DNA of 64,000 bases from an uncultured delta proteobacterium (GTDB lineage: Bacteria; Myxococcota_A; UBA9160; SMWR01), in assembly GCA_963832165.1 (NCBI GenBank), contig CAWHTE010000003.1, positions 672,001 through 736,000 on the forward strand, read 5' to 3'. Below the pieces are notes generated by a model. That model ran no database searches and was not told the DNA's origin. It saw only the letters and a program-made list of their open reading frames with translations. Positions within the stretch are counted from its first letter, which is position 1; each line of letters starts with the position of its first letter. Shown here one piece after another: positions 36,527 to 45,930 of the stretch. The translations under genes were made by a program, and so were the position numbers.

Positions 36527-37647
36527 GCGCGGGTCCCCGCAATGCGGATCAGCTCGTCTTCGGCTTCGCGAACCTTCAACGCCGAACGCGCGGCGAATTC
36601 GAGTCCGGCCATGCCGCCGTAGTCGAGGATCTTCGGAACGCGCACGCCGGCATCGAGATAACCCGCGACGATGCGGGCGATCTGCTTCGGCGATCCGTGC
36701 GGCAACACGGCGAGCAGCGCTTCGGGCTCGACCTTCCCGAGCAGGTCGACCATCCGCTCGCGCGTGAGCGTTCGGGGGTTGATGTCGTGCATGCCCTTCC
36801 AATCGTCGCCGAGCGGGTGCGCGAACCCGCAGCGCCGCATGAAGTCGCCGCGGACCTGAAGGACGTAGCTCTTCACGAGCGGCGCCTGGACCATCTGCGC
36901 GAGCTCGGCGTCGTCGCCGATCAGGCAGATCACGAAGCACGCCGGCGTGATGGCCATCGGGTCGCGGCCCGCGCGCTCTGCCGATCCGCGCACGACCGCG
37001 AGCTTGGCCGCATAATCCTCGGGCGTCACGGAGCCGACGGGCCACCAGCCCTCCGCGTAGCGGCCGGTCAGCTCGAGCATGCGCGGCCCACCGCCTCCGA
37101 TCCAGATCTTCGGAAGACGCCCTTCGAACGGCTCGGTGTCCAGGCGCGCATGATGCAGCCGGTAGAAGCGGCCCTCGAAGTCGACGGGCCCGCGGCTCTC
37201 CCAGAGGAGCCGGATCACGCGTAGCGACTCCTCGAAGCGGCTGACCGGTGCGCCGAAGTCGAAGCCGTAGGGCGCGGTGTTCTCGAGCTCGCCGCTGCCC
37301 AGTCCCAGGATGAAGCGCCCCTTCGAGAGGTGGTCGATCGTGAGCGCAGTCTGCGCGAGCGAGGCCGGGTGTCGCCGCACGGTGTCGACGACGCTGGTCG
37401 CGATCGGAACGCGTCGGGTGAGGACCGCGACCGCAGCGGCTACGGCGAGGCTGTCGAGATAGCGATGGGGCGATGGCGATACCGTCGCGAGGTCGGTGAA
37501 CTCGGGCGTCCAGATCGAGTCGGGCCAGAAGCTCACCATGTGGTCCGGAAGCCAGACCGAGTGATAGCGACCGCTGTCGAGCTCCTCGAGCTGGGAGAGA
37601 TCGAGCGGCAGGGTCGTGCGGAGAAAGGCGCCGGGCTTCAGCGTCAT
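36523..37647 (-). CDS. LLM-class oxidoreductase, phthiodiolone ketoreductase-like (probably F420-dependent)
   Basis: WLPDHM..FWP..IWTP, VDTVRRHPA.LAQ..LTIDHLSKGRFILGLGSGE. Confidence 0.85.
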   Translation of the reverse strand: MTLKPGAFLRTTLPLDLSQLEELDSGRYHSVWLPDHMVSFWPDSIWTPEFTDLATVSPSPHRYLDSLAVAAAVAVLTRRVPIATSVVDTVRRHPASLAQTALTIDHLSKGRFILGLGSGELENTAPYGFDFGAPVSRFEESLRVIRLLWESRGPVDFEGRFYRLHHARLDTEPFEGRLPKIWIGGGGPRMLELTGRYAEGWWPVGSVTPEDYAAKLAVVRGSAERAGRDPMAITPACFVICLIGDDAELAQMVQAPLVKSYVLQVRGDFMRRCGFAHPLGDDWKGMHDINPRTLTRERMVDLLGKVEPEALLAVLPHGSPKQIARIVAGYLDAGVRVPKILDYGGMAGLEFAARSALKVREAEDELIRIAGTRA

Positions 37648-37654
37648 CTCGCTC

Positions 37655-38083
37655 CTACACTCGCCGGAACTTCACCAACGTGATGTCCTCACTCACGGGC
37701 ACGAAGACGGCCTCGACCGGCATGCTCGCGCGGATCTCGGCAGGCGGGCAGTCGAGCACCTGGCTCTGGAAGTGCACGCCCTCGTCGAGCAGTACGTCGA
37801 CGACGTTGTAGGGCAGCTGATCCTGAAACGCCGGCAGCGTGGGTCCGTGCACGATCGTCCACGTGTAGACCACGCCGCGTCCGCGGGACAGCTCCCACGT
37901 GTAGCTCGTCGACTGGCACGACGGGCAGATCGGCCGCGGATAGTGGCGGAAGGTTCCGCAGTCGGAGCAGCGCTGGAACCGGAGCTCGCCACGGCGCGCA
38001 GCTTCGTAGAAGGGAGCATTGTCGAGACCCGGCTGCGGCAGCGGGAGATTGCGCGTGATCACCGATTCGCGCAGGTCGCTCAC
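37655..38083 (-). CDS. DUF35 Zn-ribbon/OB-fold protein
   Basis: PFYEAARRGELRFQRCSDC...CPSC...GRGVVYTWT. Confidence 0.92.
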   Translation of the reverse strand: MSDLRESVITRNLPLPQPGLDNAPFYEAARRGELRFQRCSDCGTFRHYPRPICPSCQSTSYTWELSRGRGVVYTWTIVHGPTLPAFQDQLPYNVVDVLLDEGVHFQSQVLDCPPAEIRASMPVEAVFVPVSEDITLVKFRRV

Positions 38084-39267
38084 GCGTCCCTCCGCAGGAT
38101 TGCGGCGCCGGTGGGGTCCGTGCTGGCGCCCGCGATCAGCACGAGCTCGCAGTCGGGGACCTGCGACGTGGAGGTGCCGCGGATCTGTCGCACGGCTTCG
38201 AGGTTGTTGTTCATCCCATGGATGAAGGCCTCCGAGAGCTGACCTCCGTTCGTGCTGGTCGGAAGGCGCCCGCCCTCGAAGTAGAGACCCTGATCCTCGA
38301 CGAACGGTCCGCCCTCGCCGCGCTTGCAGAAGCCGTAGTCCTCGAGCGCGATGATCACGAACGAGGTGAAGAAGTCGTAGCAGAAGAATGCGTCGATCTC
38401 GGACGGACGCAGGCCCGAGCCCTCCCAGAGCTGGCGCCCCACGCGTGCCGCGCTGTCGTCGTCACGGTCGCGTCCGAACAGCGTCGAGAGCCGGATGTGA
38501 TGCGAGCCCGCGTTGAGTGCGCCCGCGTGGATCAATGCGGGCGGCTGGCGCAGGTCGCGCGCGCGCTCGCGCGAGGACACGATCAGCGCGCAGGCGCCGT
38601 CCGTCTCGATGTTGCAATCGAACAGGCGCAGCGGTTCGGCGATCATGCGCGAGCCGTGGTGGTCGGCGATCGTCATCGGCATGCGCATCACCGCGTTCGG
38701 GTTGCGCATCGCGTGGCGTCGCGTCGCGACGGCGACCTCGGCGAACTGCTCCTGGGTGGTGCCGTACTCGATCATGTGGCGGCGCGTGATCATCGCCATC
38801 TCCTGGAATGCGGAGACGAGCCCGTGCGGCACGTGCCACTGGTTGAGATCGGGCAGGCGATCCGGGATGCGCTCCCAGTAGCGGCCGCCGAGCACGGCGT
38901 CCTTCCCAAAGACCGAGTTCTTTCCGCGCGCGCGCGAGCGGAACACGAGCACGTGGTTCGCCATGCCCATCGCGATCGCGAGGGCCGCATGCACGAGCAC
39001 GGACACCGACCCGCCGCCGCCCCAGCTCGTGCTCGCCTGGTAGCGCAGCCCGGGACCCACGATCGAGAGCAGCTGCTCTTCGTCGGTGGTCTCCATGTCG
39101 TAGCGCACCACGCCGTCGATCTCGCGCGGCGCGATGCCGGCGTCGTCGCAGGCAGCGAGGATCGCCTCGCTGGCCATGTCGTACTCGGAGCGGCCGAGGC
39201 CTTTGGAGAACGGGGTCTGGCCGATACCGACGATCGCCGCGTGGTCGCGCAGCTGGTTCGAGCTCAT
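38080..39267 (-). CDS. Ltp2-like thiolase-fold protein
   Basis: AIVGIGQT, PLRLFDCNIETDGA, YDFFT, NGGQLSEAFIHG. Confidence 0.9.
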   Translation of the reverse strand: MSSNQLRDHAAIVGIGQTPFSKGLGRSEYDMASEAILAACDDAGIAPREIDGVVRYDMETTDEEQLLSIVGPGLRYQASTSWGGGGSVSVLVHAALAIAMGMANHVLVFRSRARGKNSVFGKDAVLGGRYWERIPDRLPDLNQWHVPHGLVSAFQEMAMITRRHMIEYGTTQEQFAEVAVATRRHAMRNPNAVMRMPMTIADHHGSRMIAEPLRLFDCNIETDGACALIVSSRERARDLRQPPALIHAGALNAGSHHIRLSTLFGRDRDDDSAARVGRQLWEGSGLRPSEIDAFFCYDFFTSFVIIALEDYGFCKRGEGGPFVEDQGLYFEGGRLPTSTNGGQLSEAFIHGMNNNLEAVRQIRGTSTSQVPDCELVLIAGASTDPTGAAILRRDA

Positions 39268-39288
39268 CGATCCTCGCGAACGGGAAAC

Positions 39289-39321
39289 AACATTGAGGCT
39301 CGTGTCGAAATCTCATAGCGT
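39289..39321 (+). promoter_or_regulatory. Promoter cassette B, copy 2
   Basis: TTGAGG-17-TAGCGT in the divergent intergenic region; matches 30743-30775. Confidence 0.65.
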
Positions 39322-39364
39322 ATTCGACGGCAGCAGAGCCACCGTTCGCACAGGAGGCACGATC

Positions 39365-40411
39365 GTGACCGCAGCAGCACGCACGCTGGACGAGCTCGCG
39401 TTCTACACGCTCGCGGGTCAGCCGGCTTCCTCGCGCGACCTCGTCGCCGAGGTCGTCGAAGCGGAGGCGCTCGGGCTCGGCACGGCGTTCATCTCCGAGC
39501 GGTACAACAAGAAGGAGGCCGCGACGCTCTCGGGTGCCGCGGGTGCGGTCAGCGATCGGATCACGATCGAGACCGCGGCGACCAATCACAACACGCGTCA
39601 CCCGCTGGTGACGGCCGGCTTCGCGCGCACGATGCAGAGTCTCACGGGCGGACGCTTCGTGCTCGGGCTGGGTCGAGGCGTTCCGCTGATGCAGGATGCC
39701 TTCGGCATCCCTCGCATCACGACCGCGCAGATCGAGGACTTCACGGGCCTCATGCGGCGCCTGTTCCGTGGCGAGGTGATCATCGGCCACAAAGGCCCCG
39801 CCGGATCGTGGCCGGTATTGCATCTCGACGCGACGCTTTCCGAGCATCTCCCGATGAGCCTCGTCGCGTTCGGACCGAACAGCCTCGCGCTCGGGGGGCG
39901 CTGCTTCGACGAGGTGGTGCTGCACACCTTCTTCACGGACGAGACCACGGCTCGCTGCGTCCAGGCCGTGAAGAGCGCGGCCGAGAAGGCGGGCCGCGAC
40001 CCCGCGTCGGTGAGGGTATGGTCGTGCTTCGCGACGGTCGGCGACCACATCCCCGAGGACAAGCGCCTCATGAAGATGGTCGGCCGGCTCGCCACCTATC
40101 TCCAGGGGTACGGCGAGCTGCTCGTGCGAACGAACGGTTGGGATCAGGGTGTCCTGAAGCGGATCCTGGCCGACCCGATCGTGTCGAGCGTGCGCGGTCT
40201 CGACATCGTGGGCACCGCGGAGCAGCTCGAGCACGTCGCCACGCTGATCCCGAAGGAGTGGCTCGCCTCGGCGGCCACCGGGAGCCCGGGTCAGTGCGTC
40301 GCCGCGATCCGAAACCAGTTCGCGCTCGGCTGCGACGGTGTCATCCTGCACGGAGCGACACCTGCCGAGCTGGCACCGATCGTTGCGGAGTACCGCCGCG
40401 CGGTCGGGTAG
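39365..40411 (+). CDS. LLM-class F420-dependent oxidoreductase (TIGR03857-like)
   Basis: ELAFYTLAG, AFISERYNKKEA, TAATNHNTRHP, VVLHTFF, LHGATP. Confidence 0.85.
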   Translation: MTAAARTLDELAFYTLAGQPASSRDLVAEVVEAEALGLGTAFISERYNKKEAATLSGAAGAVSDRITIETAATNHNTRHPLVTAGFARTMQSLTGGRFVLGLGRGVPLMQDAFGIPRITTAQIEDFTGLMRRLFRGEVIIGHKGPAGSWPVLHLDATLSEHLPMSLVAFGPNSLALGGRCFDEVVLHTFFTDETTARCVQAVKSAAEKAGRDPASVRVWSCFATVGDHIPEDKRLMKMVGRLATYLQGYGELLVRTNGWDQGVLKRILADPIVSSVRGLDIVGTAEQLEHVATLIPKEWLASAATGSPGQCVAAIRNQFALGCDGVILHGATPAELAPIVAEYRRAVG

Positions 40412-40441
40412 CGGAGCGACGCGCGCGAAAGGGAGGTAGCG

Positions 40442-41485
40442 ATGGTCGTCGATCTGACCGGTGGTCTCGACGAGGTCCGGGAATTCGTGTTCGCGAAGCA
40501 GCCGGGCGATCCCGCGATGCGCGAGTCGGTCAACCTCTGGATGTGGGACGACGCGGTCGGGTTCGGCATGCCTCGAATCGGAATCGAGGCGGTTGCCGAC
40601 CAGTGGGACACCCACGACGTCCAGTGCAACATCGCGCTGGGGGATGGCCGGCTGCTGCTGCTCTTCGAGCCCGGGAAGGTGCACGACCCGCTCGGAGCCG
40701 ACGGACGCGCGCGAGTGCTAGGCGCGGGTCCCTTGTCCTTCGAGCTGGTGGAGCCGTTCGTGCACTGGCGCATGCGACTCCGCGGCGGCATGGCGGTGGT
40801 CACGAGCGTGGAGGCACAGATCGACGGAAAGCGTCCCTCCGGCGACGAGCGGGTGCCGGTCGACATCGAAGTCGACCTGCGATCGGCCGTGCCGCCGTTC
40901 GAGAACGGCACGCTGCGAGCCGACGCCGCTCGGGTCCTCGCAGAACAGGAGGAGGGCGCGCTGATGGGAGGGCCGCGCTTCGAGCAGCTGTTCCGGGCGA
41001 GGGGAACGTTCACGGTGGACGGAAAGCAGCACCGGCTGAACGGTGGCGGCCTGCGCATCCGACGTCAGGGGATCCGCCGGATCGCGCGCTTCTGGGGTCA
41101 CGCGTGGCAATCCGCGGTGTTCCCGAGCGGCAAGGCGTTCGGCCACCTCGTGTATCCCCCTCGTGCCGACGGGAAGCCGACCTACAACGAGGGATACGTC
41201 TTCGACGGCGACGGCGCGTTGGTTCCCGCTCGCGTCGTGGAGGCGCCGTGGCTACGTCGCATGAAGGCGCGCGGCGAGGACGTGTCGGTCGTGCTCGAGA
41301 CCGAGCGGGGCAGGGTGCGGATCCACGGCGAGACGCAGCTGTCGGCCTTCCACGCGATTCCGGTGACGGAGAACGCGGACTTCCCGATCCTGCACCAATC
41401 GATCGTCCGGTACACGTGGGACGGTGAGACCGCGAACGGCATGCTCGAGCGCTCCTCGCTGCCGAGCCAGGTATCCCGCTCGTGA
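40442..41485 (+). CDS. Conserved hypothetical beta-rich protein
   Basis: MRESVNLW, EPFVHW, RFEQL, GHAWQS, GMLERS; GGAGG RBS; operonic. Confidence 0.8.
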   Translation: MVVDLTGGLDEVREFVFAKQPGDPAMRESVNLWMWDDAVGFGMPRIGIEAVADQWDTHDVQCNIALGDGRLLLLFEPGKVHDPLGADGRARVLGAGPLSFELVEPFVHWRMRLRGGMAVVTSVEAQIDGKRPSGDERVPVDIEVDLRSAVPPFENGTLRADAARVLAEQEEGALMGGPRFEQLFRARGTFTVDGKQHRLNGGGLRIRRQGIRRIARFWGHAWQSAVFPSGKAFGHLVYPPRADGKPTYNEGYVFDGDGALVPARVVEAPWLRRMKARGEDVSVVLETERGRVRIHGETQLSAFHAIPVTENADFPILHQSIVRYTWDGETANGMLERSSLPSQVSRS

Positions 41486-42636
41486 CTTCGGCGCAGGCTC
41501 GCCTCGCGGAGCTCGTCGATCGCGCCCGCGCACAGACGGGGCTCGACGAGTTCGGCGGCGACAGCTGGCGCGAAGGGCTCGAGGTGCTGCTGCGGTCGGC
41601 GCTGACCGAGTCCCGTCTGAACCGCAGCGGCGAGGCGGGCTTCTACGGTTCGATCGAGCGCACGCTCGCGAACCGGCTCCAGATCGAGAGCTGGTTCGCG
41701 CGCCACCCCGAGATCGCAGAGCAGGAGGTCCACGTCGAGCTGCTCGGGGTCGGGCTTCCGCGCACGGGGTCCACCGCGCTCGCGCACATGCTAGGCGAGG
41801 ACCGCTCGGTGCGGTCGCTGCGCATGTGGGAGGCGATCGCGCCGTGCCCGCCTCCCGGGGTGTCGCCCGAGGGCGACGAGGCTCGCATCGCGATTGCCGA
41901 GGGGGCAGTGGCTGCGGCGAATCAGGTGGCGCCGCGCCTGCGCTCGATGCTGCCCCAGTCGGCGACGGGGCCGTTCGAAGACCACGACCTGATGTCGTTC
42001 GAGTTCAAATCGCAGGTGTATCTGTCGATGGGACGCCTCCCGTCGTATGCGACCTGGCTCCTCGACTGTGACATGGAGTCGACCTATCGCTACGAGCGGC
42101 GCGTGCTGCAGCTCTTGCAGTGGCGCTGCGGGCCGAGCCGCTGGCAGCTCAAGAGCCCCAGCCACACGCCGTTTCTCGGCGCGTTCGAGAAGGTGTTCCC
42201 CGAGGCGCGCTATGTGATGACGCACCGGGATCCCTCGAAGGTGTTGCCGTCGCTGGCGGACCTGTTCTGCACGCTCGGGGCCGCGGGCAATGAATCGCTG
42301 GACCCGCTCGAGGTCGCCGAGCTCAACATGGCGCAGTGGTCGCTCGCTCTGGACCGCTGTCAGAGCTTCCGCGCGGCCGGTCGCGAGGAGAAGTTCTACG
42401 ACGTCGCCTTCTCGGCGTTTCAGTCCGATCCGATCGCAGAGATCCGCGCGCTGTACGGCTGGCTGGGCCGAAGACTCGGCGCTGATGCGGAGCAGCGCAT
42501 GCGAGACTGGTGGTCGACCGAACGTCGCCAGGAGACGCTGGCGAAGCCCGATCCCAGCGAGTTCGGGATCACCGAAGCGGCGCTCGCCGCGCGCTTCGGC
42601 GCCTACCGCGCCCGCTTCGCGCCGCTGCTCGGCTGA
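41482..42636 (+). CDS. Sulfotransferase family protein
   Basis: GLPRTGST, WQLKSPSH, THRDP...S. Confidence 0.9.
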   Translation: MTSAQARLAELVDRARAQTGLDEFGGDSWREGLEVLLRSALTESRLNRSGEAGFYGSIERTLANRLQIESWFARHPEIAEQEVHVELLGVGLPRTGSTALAHMLGEDRSVRSLRMWEAIAPCPPPGVSPEGDEARIAIAEGAVAAANQVAPRLRSMLPQSATGPFEDHDLMSFEFKSQVYLSMGRLPSYATWLLDCDMESTYRYERRVLQLLQWRCGPSRWQLKSPSHTPFLGAFEKVFPEARYVMTHRDPSKVLPSLADLFCTLGAAGNESLDPLEVAELNMAQWSLALDRCQSFRAAGREEKFYDVAFSAFQSDPIAEIRALYGWLGRRLGADAEQRMRDWWSTERRQETLAKPDPSEFGITEAALAARFGAYRARFAPLLG

Positions 42637-42706
42637 CCTGCTCCGAAGGTGATGACGGCGCTGCGCAGAAATCCGATTGCGTCGCGCGCTTGCGGGAGGA
42701 GCCACG

Positions 42707-43114
42707 ATGAAGCTGTTGCCGAGCCCCGAGGATCACGTCGCGATCACGGGTCTGTTGGCGCGCTACTGCCTCGCGCTCGATCACGATGACGTCGAGGAAT
42801 GGGTTGCGCTGTTCACGCCGGAGGCGTCGTACGAGATGTACGGCCGGTCGTACGAGGGGCACGATGGGCTGCGCAAGATGATGACGGGCGCGCCCGGAGG
42901 CCTTCACCTGGGTGGGCCCATCGTGATCGAGATGATCGATGGCGACCACGCCCGCACGCTGCAGAACGCGCTCTTCGTCGACCGTACGAGCGGAGCCCAG
43001 CGCAGCGTGGTGTACACCGACGAGCTGCGCCGCACCGAGAGCGGGTGGCGCATCGCGAAGCGGCGCTGCCGCTTCATCGTCGCGGGGGGATTCAGCGACC
43101 GCCCTGCGTCGTAG
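42707..43114 (+). CDS. SnoaL_4/NTF2-like protein
   Basis: LARYCLALD...LFTPEA...YTDELRRTESGWRIAKR. Confidence 0.88.
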   Translation: MKLLPSPEDHVAITGLLARYCLALDHDDVEEWVALFTPEASYEMYGRSYEGHDGLRKMMTGAPGGLHLGGPIVIEMIDGDHARTLQNALFVDRTSGAQRSVVYTDELRRTESGWRIAKRRCRFIVAGGFSDRPAS

Positions 43115-43131
43115 CTTGCAATTGGTCGAAT

Positions 43132-44148
43132 TCAGGCGGCGATCGCGGCCGCGGCTTCGCGCGCGAGTCGGTGCACCGTATCGCCCATCGGACCCGGATC
43201 GCCGCGCGTGGGATCGGCGAGCGCGCGCTGATAGACGCCCTCGAGCATCACGGCGAGCTTGAACGTGTAGAGCGCCGTGTAGTAGCGCAGGTCGGGCGCT
43301 CGGCGGCCGCTCGCGCGCTGCCACTGATCGATCAGCTCGGCGCGTCCCGCCCACCCCGTGCGCTCTCCCGAGGTGCTCTCCATGTGCAGGAAGCCCGCGA
43401 GGTCGAGCAGCGGATCGCCGATCGTGCAGTTCTCCCAGTCGAGGATCGCAGCGACACGCGCGGGCGGGTCGGGCGCGACGAGCACGTTGGCGGCGTGATA
43501 GTCGCCGTGCATGATCCCGGCCGCCCAGTCGGTCGGTCGGTGCTGGGAGAGCCATTGGCCGACGTCGCGAATCGATGGGATCTCTCTCGCGCGATAGCTG
43601 TCGAGCTGCGAGAGCCAGCGGCCGACCTGCCGCTCGTGGAAGCCATCGGGCCGGCCGAAGCCCTCGAGACCGCGCGCTCGCCAGTCGACGCGTGCGAGCC
43701 GGCCCAGCGCATCGACCGTGGCGATCACCATCTCGCGCCGGAGTCGCGCGTCGTTTGCGAAGGGCTCGGGCATCGCCGAAAGGGAAGTGAAGCCGTCGAC
43801 GTGTCCCATCAGATAGAACGCGGATCCGATCACGGTGCGGTCGGTGCAGAGCGCGATCGGGGGCGGGTGCGGAACATCGGTGCCCTCGAGCGCGCGCAGC
43901 ATCCGGTATTCGCGCTCCATGCCGCGGTCGGCGCGCTCGAGTGCGATCACGGCGGGTCGCCGCAGGACGAAGCGCTGTCCGTTGCGCACGACCCCGATGC
44001 TCTCGTTCGACATGCCGCCCGAGATGCGGTGTACCGCGAGATCGGCGCCGGACTCGACGCCCTCGCGATCGAGCCAGGCGCGGAGTCTCTCGAGATCGAC
44101 CAGACCCTCGAGATCGTCGGATTTGAAGCTCGCGAAGGGTGCCTTCAC
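43132..44148 (-). CDS. APH-family phosphotransferase (ACAD10/11 kinase-like)
   Basis: GGMSN, VLRRP, REYRML, HGDYHAANV, LDWE. Confidence 0.9.
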   Translation of the reverse strand: MKAPFASFKSDDLEGLVDLERLRAWLDREGVESGADLAVHRISGGMSNESIGVVRNGQRFVLRRPAVIALERADRGMEREYRMLRALEGTDVPHPPPIALCTDRTVIGSAFYLMGHVDGFTSLSAMPEPFANDARLRREMVIATVDALGRLARVDWRARGLEGFGRPDGFHERQVGRWLSQLDSYRAREIPSIRDVGQWLSQHRPTDWAAGIMHGDYHAANVLVAPDPPARVAAILDWENCTIGDPLLDLAGFLHMESTSGERTGWAGRAELIDQWQRASGRRAPDLRYYTALYTFKLAVMLEGVYQRALADPTRGDPGPMGDTVHRLAREAAAAIAA

Positions 44149-44167
44149 GGATGGATGAGTCCCTGCG

Positions 44168-45811
44168 TCAGAGCTCTCCCGAGCGCAACATCCTTCGCAG
44201 ATCCACCTTGCGGATCTTTCCGGAAGCCGTGCGCGGGAACTCCTGCACGACGCGCAGCTCTTCGGGCCATTTCTGGCGAGCCAGTCCAATGCGCTCGAGC
44301 CGTTCGGTGATGTCGCGCAGCTCGATCGAGGTCACACCGGACGCGAGCCTCACGACGGCGCACGCGTGCTCGCCCAGGCGCGCATCGGGTGCGGCCACCA
44401 CGGCCACTTCGCTCACGTGCGGGAGTCCTGCGATCGCGCCTTCGACCTCGGCGGCCGAGATGTTCTCGCCGCCGCGAATGATCACGTCCGACAACCGGTC
44501 CGTGATCGTGAGGAAGCCCTCGGCGTCGAGGACACCCACGTCTCCCGTGCGGTACCAGCCCTCGTCGTCGAAGGCCCGCTCGGTGAGCGCGGGATCGGTG
44601 TAGCCCACGCACAGGTCCGGGCCGCGCGACCGGATCTCGCCGGCCTGTCCCACCGGCACAGGTGCGCCGTCGTCGTCCAGGAGCTGGATCTCGACTCCGG
44701 GCAGCGCAGTGCCGTCGGTCGCGTGGCGTTTCTCGACGGGATCGCCGAACGAGCTGCCCGTGATCGAGGGATGCTCGGTCGCGCCGTACGCGCGCTGGAT
44801 CGCGATGCCGTGCGACGCCGCGCGTTCCGCGAGGGGGATGGCCACGGGTGCGCCGCCCAATCCGATGCGGCGCATGCGCCGCGCGTGCTCGGCCGTGAAC
44901 GCTTCGTGGTCGATCAGGCTCGCCAGGAACACGGGTGCACCCGTGCCCGCGCCGACGTCGGCTTCGAGCATGATCGAGAGGACGCGCGCGGGATCCCAGC
45001 GGTCGATCAGGTGGATGTCCTGGCCGATCTCCGTCGGCCCGAGCACCCCGCCCAGCATGCCCGTCGCGTGGGTGACCGGCGAGCCCATGAGGTTGGTCGC
45101 GTCGGGCGTGATCCAGAGCCGCATGTGCGCGAGCTCGGCGAGCAGGGTCCGATGGCTATGCAACACGCCCTTCGGGTTGCTCGTCGTGCCGGACGTGTAG
45201 GCGATCACACAGACGTCGTCGGGATCGGCGGGGCAGATCCCAGTGGCCGGCGTCGCGTTCTCGACGACATCCCATCCCACTCGTTGGACGCCTGCGATCG
45301 GGGAGTCGGCCTTCGACCCCACGACGATGTGCAGTCGCAGGTTCGGAAGCTCGTCGGCCCGGGCGCCGTCGACGATGCCCTGGTAATCGACATGGCCATG
45401 GCGGTCCGCCGAGAGGTAGGCGCGCGCTCCGCTCTCGGCGAGGATGAACCGCACCTCCTTCGGGCCGTAGATGTGCACGATCGGAACGAGGATGTAGCCG
45501 CCCATCGCCAGGCCGCAGAACGCGACCACCGCCTCCCGCCAGTTGGGAAGCTGGAACGCCACGACATCACCCGGCGCAAGTCCTGCCTTGGCGAGTGCGC
45601 CGGCCAGCCGGAGGGCATCGGAATGGATGTCGGCGTAGGTCCCATGCCAGGGCCGCAGCTGCGACCAGATGTTCACCGAGGCGCTCGGCGCCGCGGAAAG
45701 CGAGCGGTCGACGCGCTCGCCGAGGGTCTCGTCGCTCCACCAGCCCTCGGCGAGGTAACGCTCGCGCAGGGCGGCGGGCACCTCGCGCTGCTGCCACCTA
45801 ACGTTCGCCAT
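44168..45811 (-). CDS. Acyl-CoA synthetase (cyclohexanecarboxylate-CoA ligase-like)
   Basis: YTSGTTSNPKG, YGATE, TGD, RGGEN, SGK. Confidence 0.93.
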   Translation of the reverse strand: MANVRWQQREVPAALRERYLAEGWWSDETLGERVDRSLSAAPSASVNIWSQLRPWHGTYADIHSDALRLAGALAKAGLAPGDVVAFQLPNWREAVVAFCGLAMGGYILVPIVHIYGPKEVRFILAESGARAYLSADRHGHVDYQGIVDGARADELPNLRLHIVVGSKADSPIAGVQRVGWDVVENATPATGICPADPDDVCVIAYTSGTTSNPKGVLHSHRTLLAELAHMRLWITPDATNLMGSPVTHATGMLGGVLGPTEIGQDIHLIDRWDPARVLSIMLEADVGAGTGAPVFLASLIDHEAFTAEHARRMRRIGLGGAPVAIPLAERAASHGIAIQRAYGATEHPSITGSSFGDPVEKRHATDGTALPGVEIQLLDDDGAPVPVGQAGEIRSRGPDLCVGYTDPALTERAFDDEGWYRTGDVGVLDAEGFLTITDRLSDVIIRGGENISAAEVEGAIAGLPHVSEVAVVAAPDARLGEHACAVVRLASGVTSIELRDITERLERIGLARQKWPEELRVVQEFPRTASGKIRKVDLRRMLRSGEL

Positions 45812-45824
45812 GCTCCCTGCCCGT

Positions 45825-45879
45825 CGGGTTGCCAATCTTACTCTCGAATCCGTAGAATTGCACTTTCCGGTGGGTAGAA
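45825..45879 (+). promoter_or_regulatory. Promoter/operator cassette A, copy 1
   Basis: TTGCCA-18-TAGAAT followed by TGCACTT and a second GTAGAA; 45/55 identical to the reverse complement of 52973-53027. Confidence 0.8.
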
Positions 45880-45930
45880 CGAGCCATGCGCCGCACTCGG
45901 TGCGGGGCGCGGCGTTCGTCGGTGGTGTGC

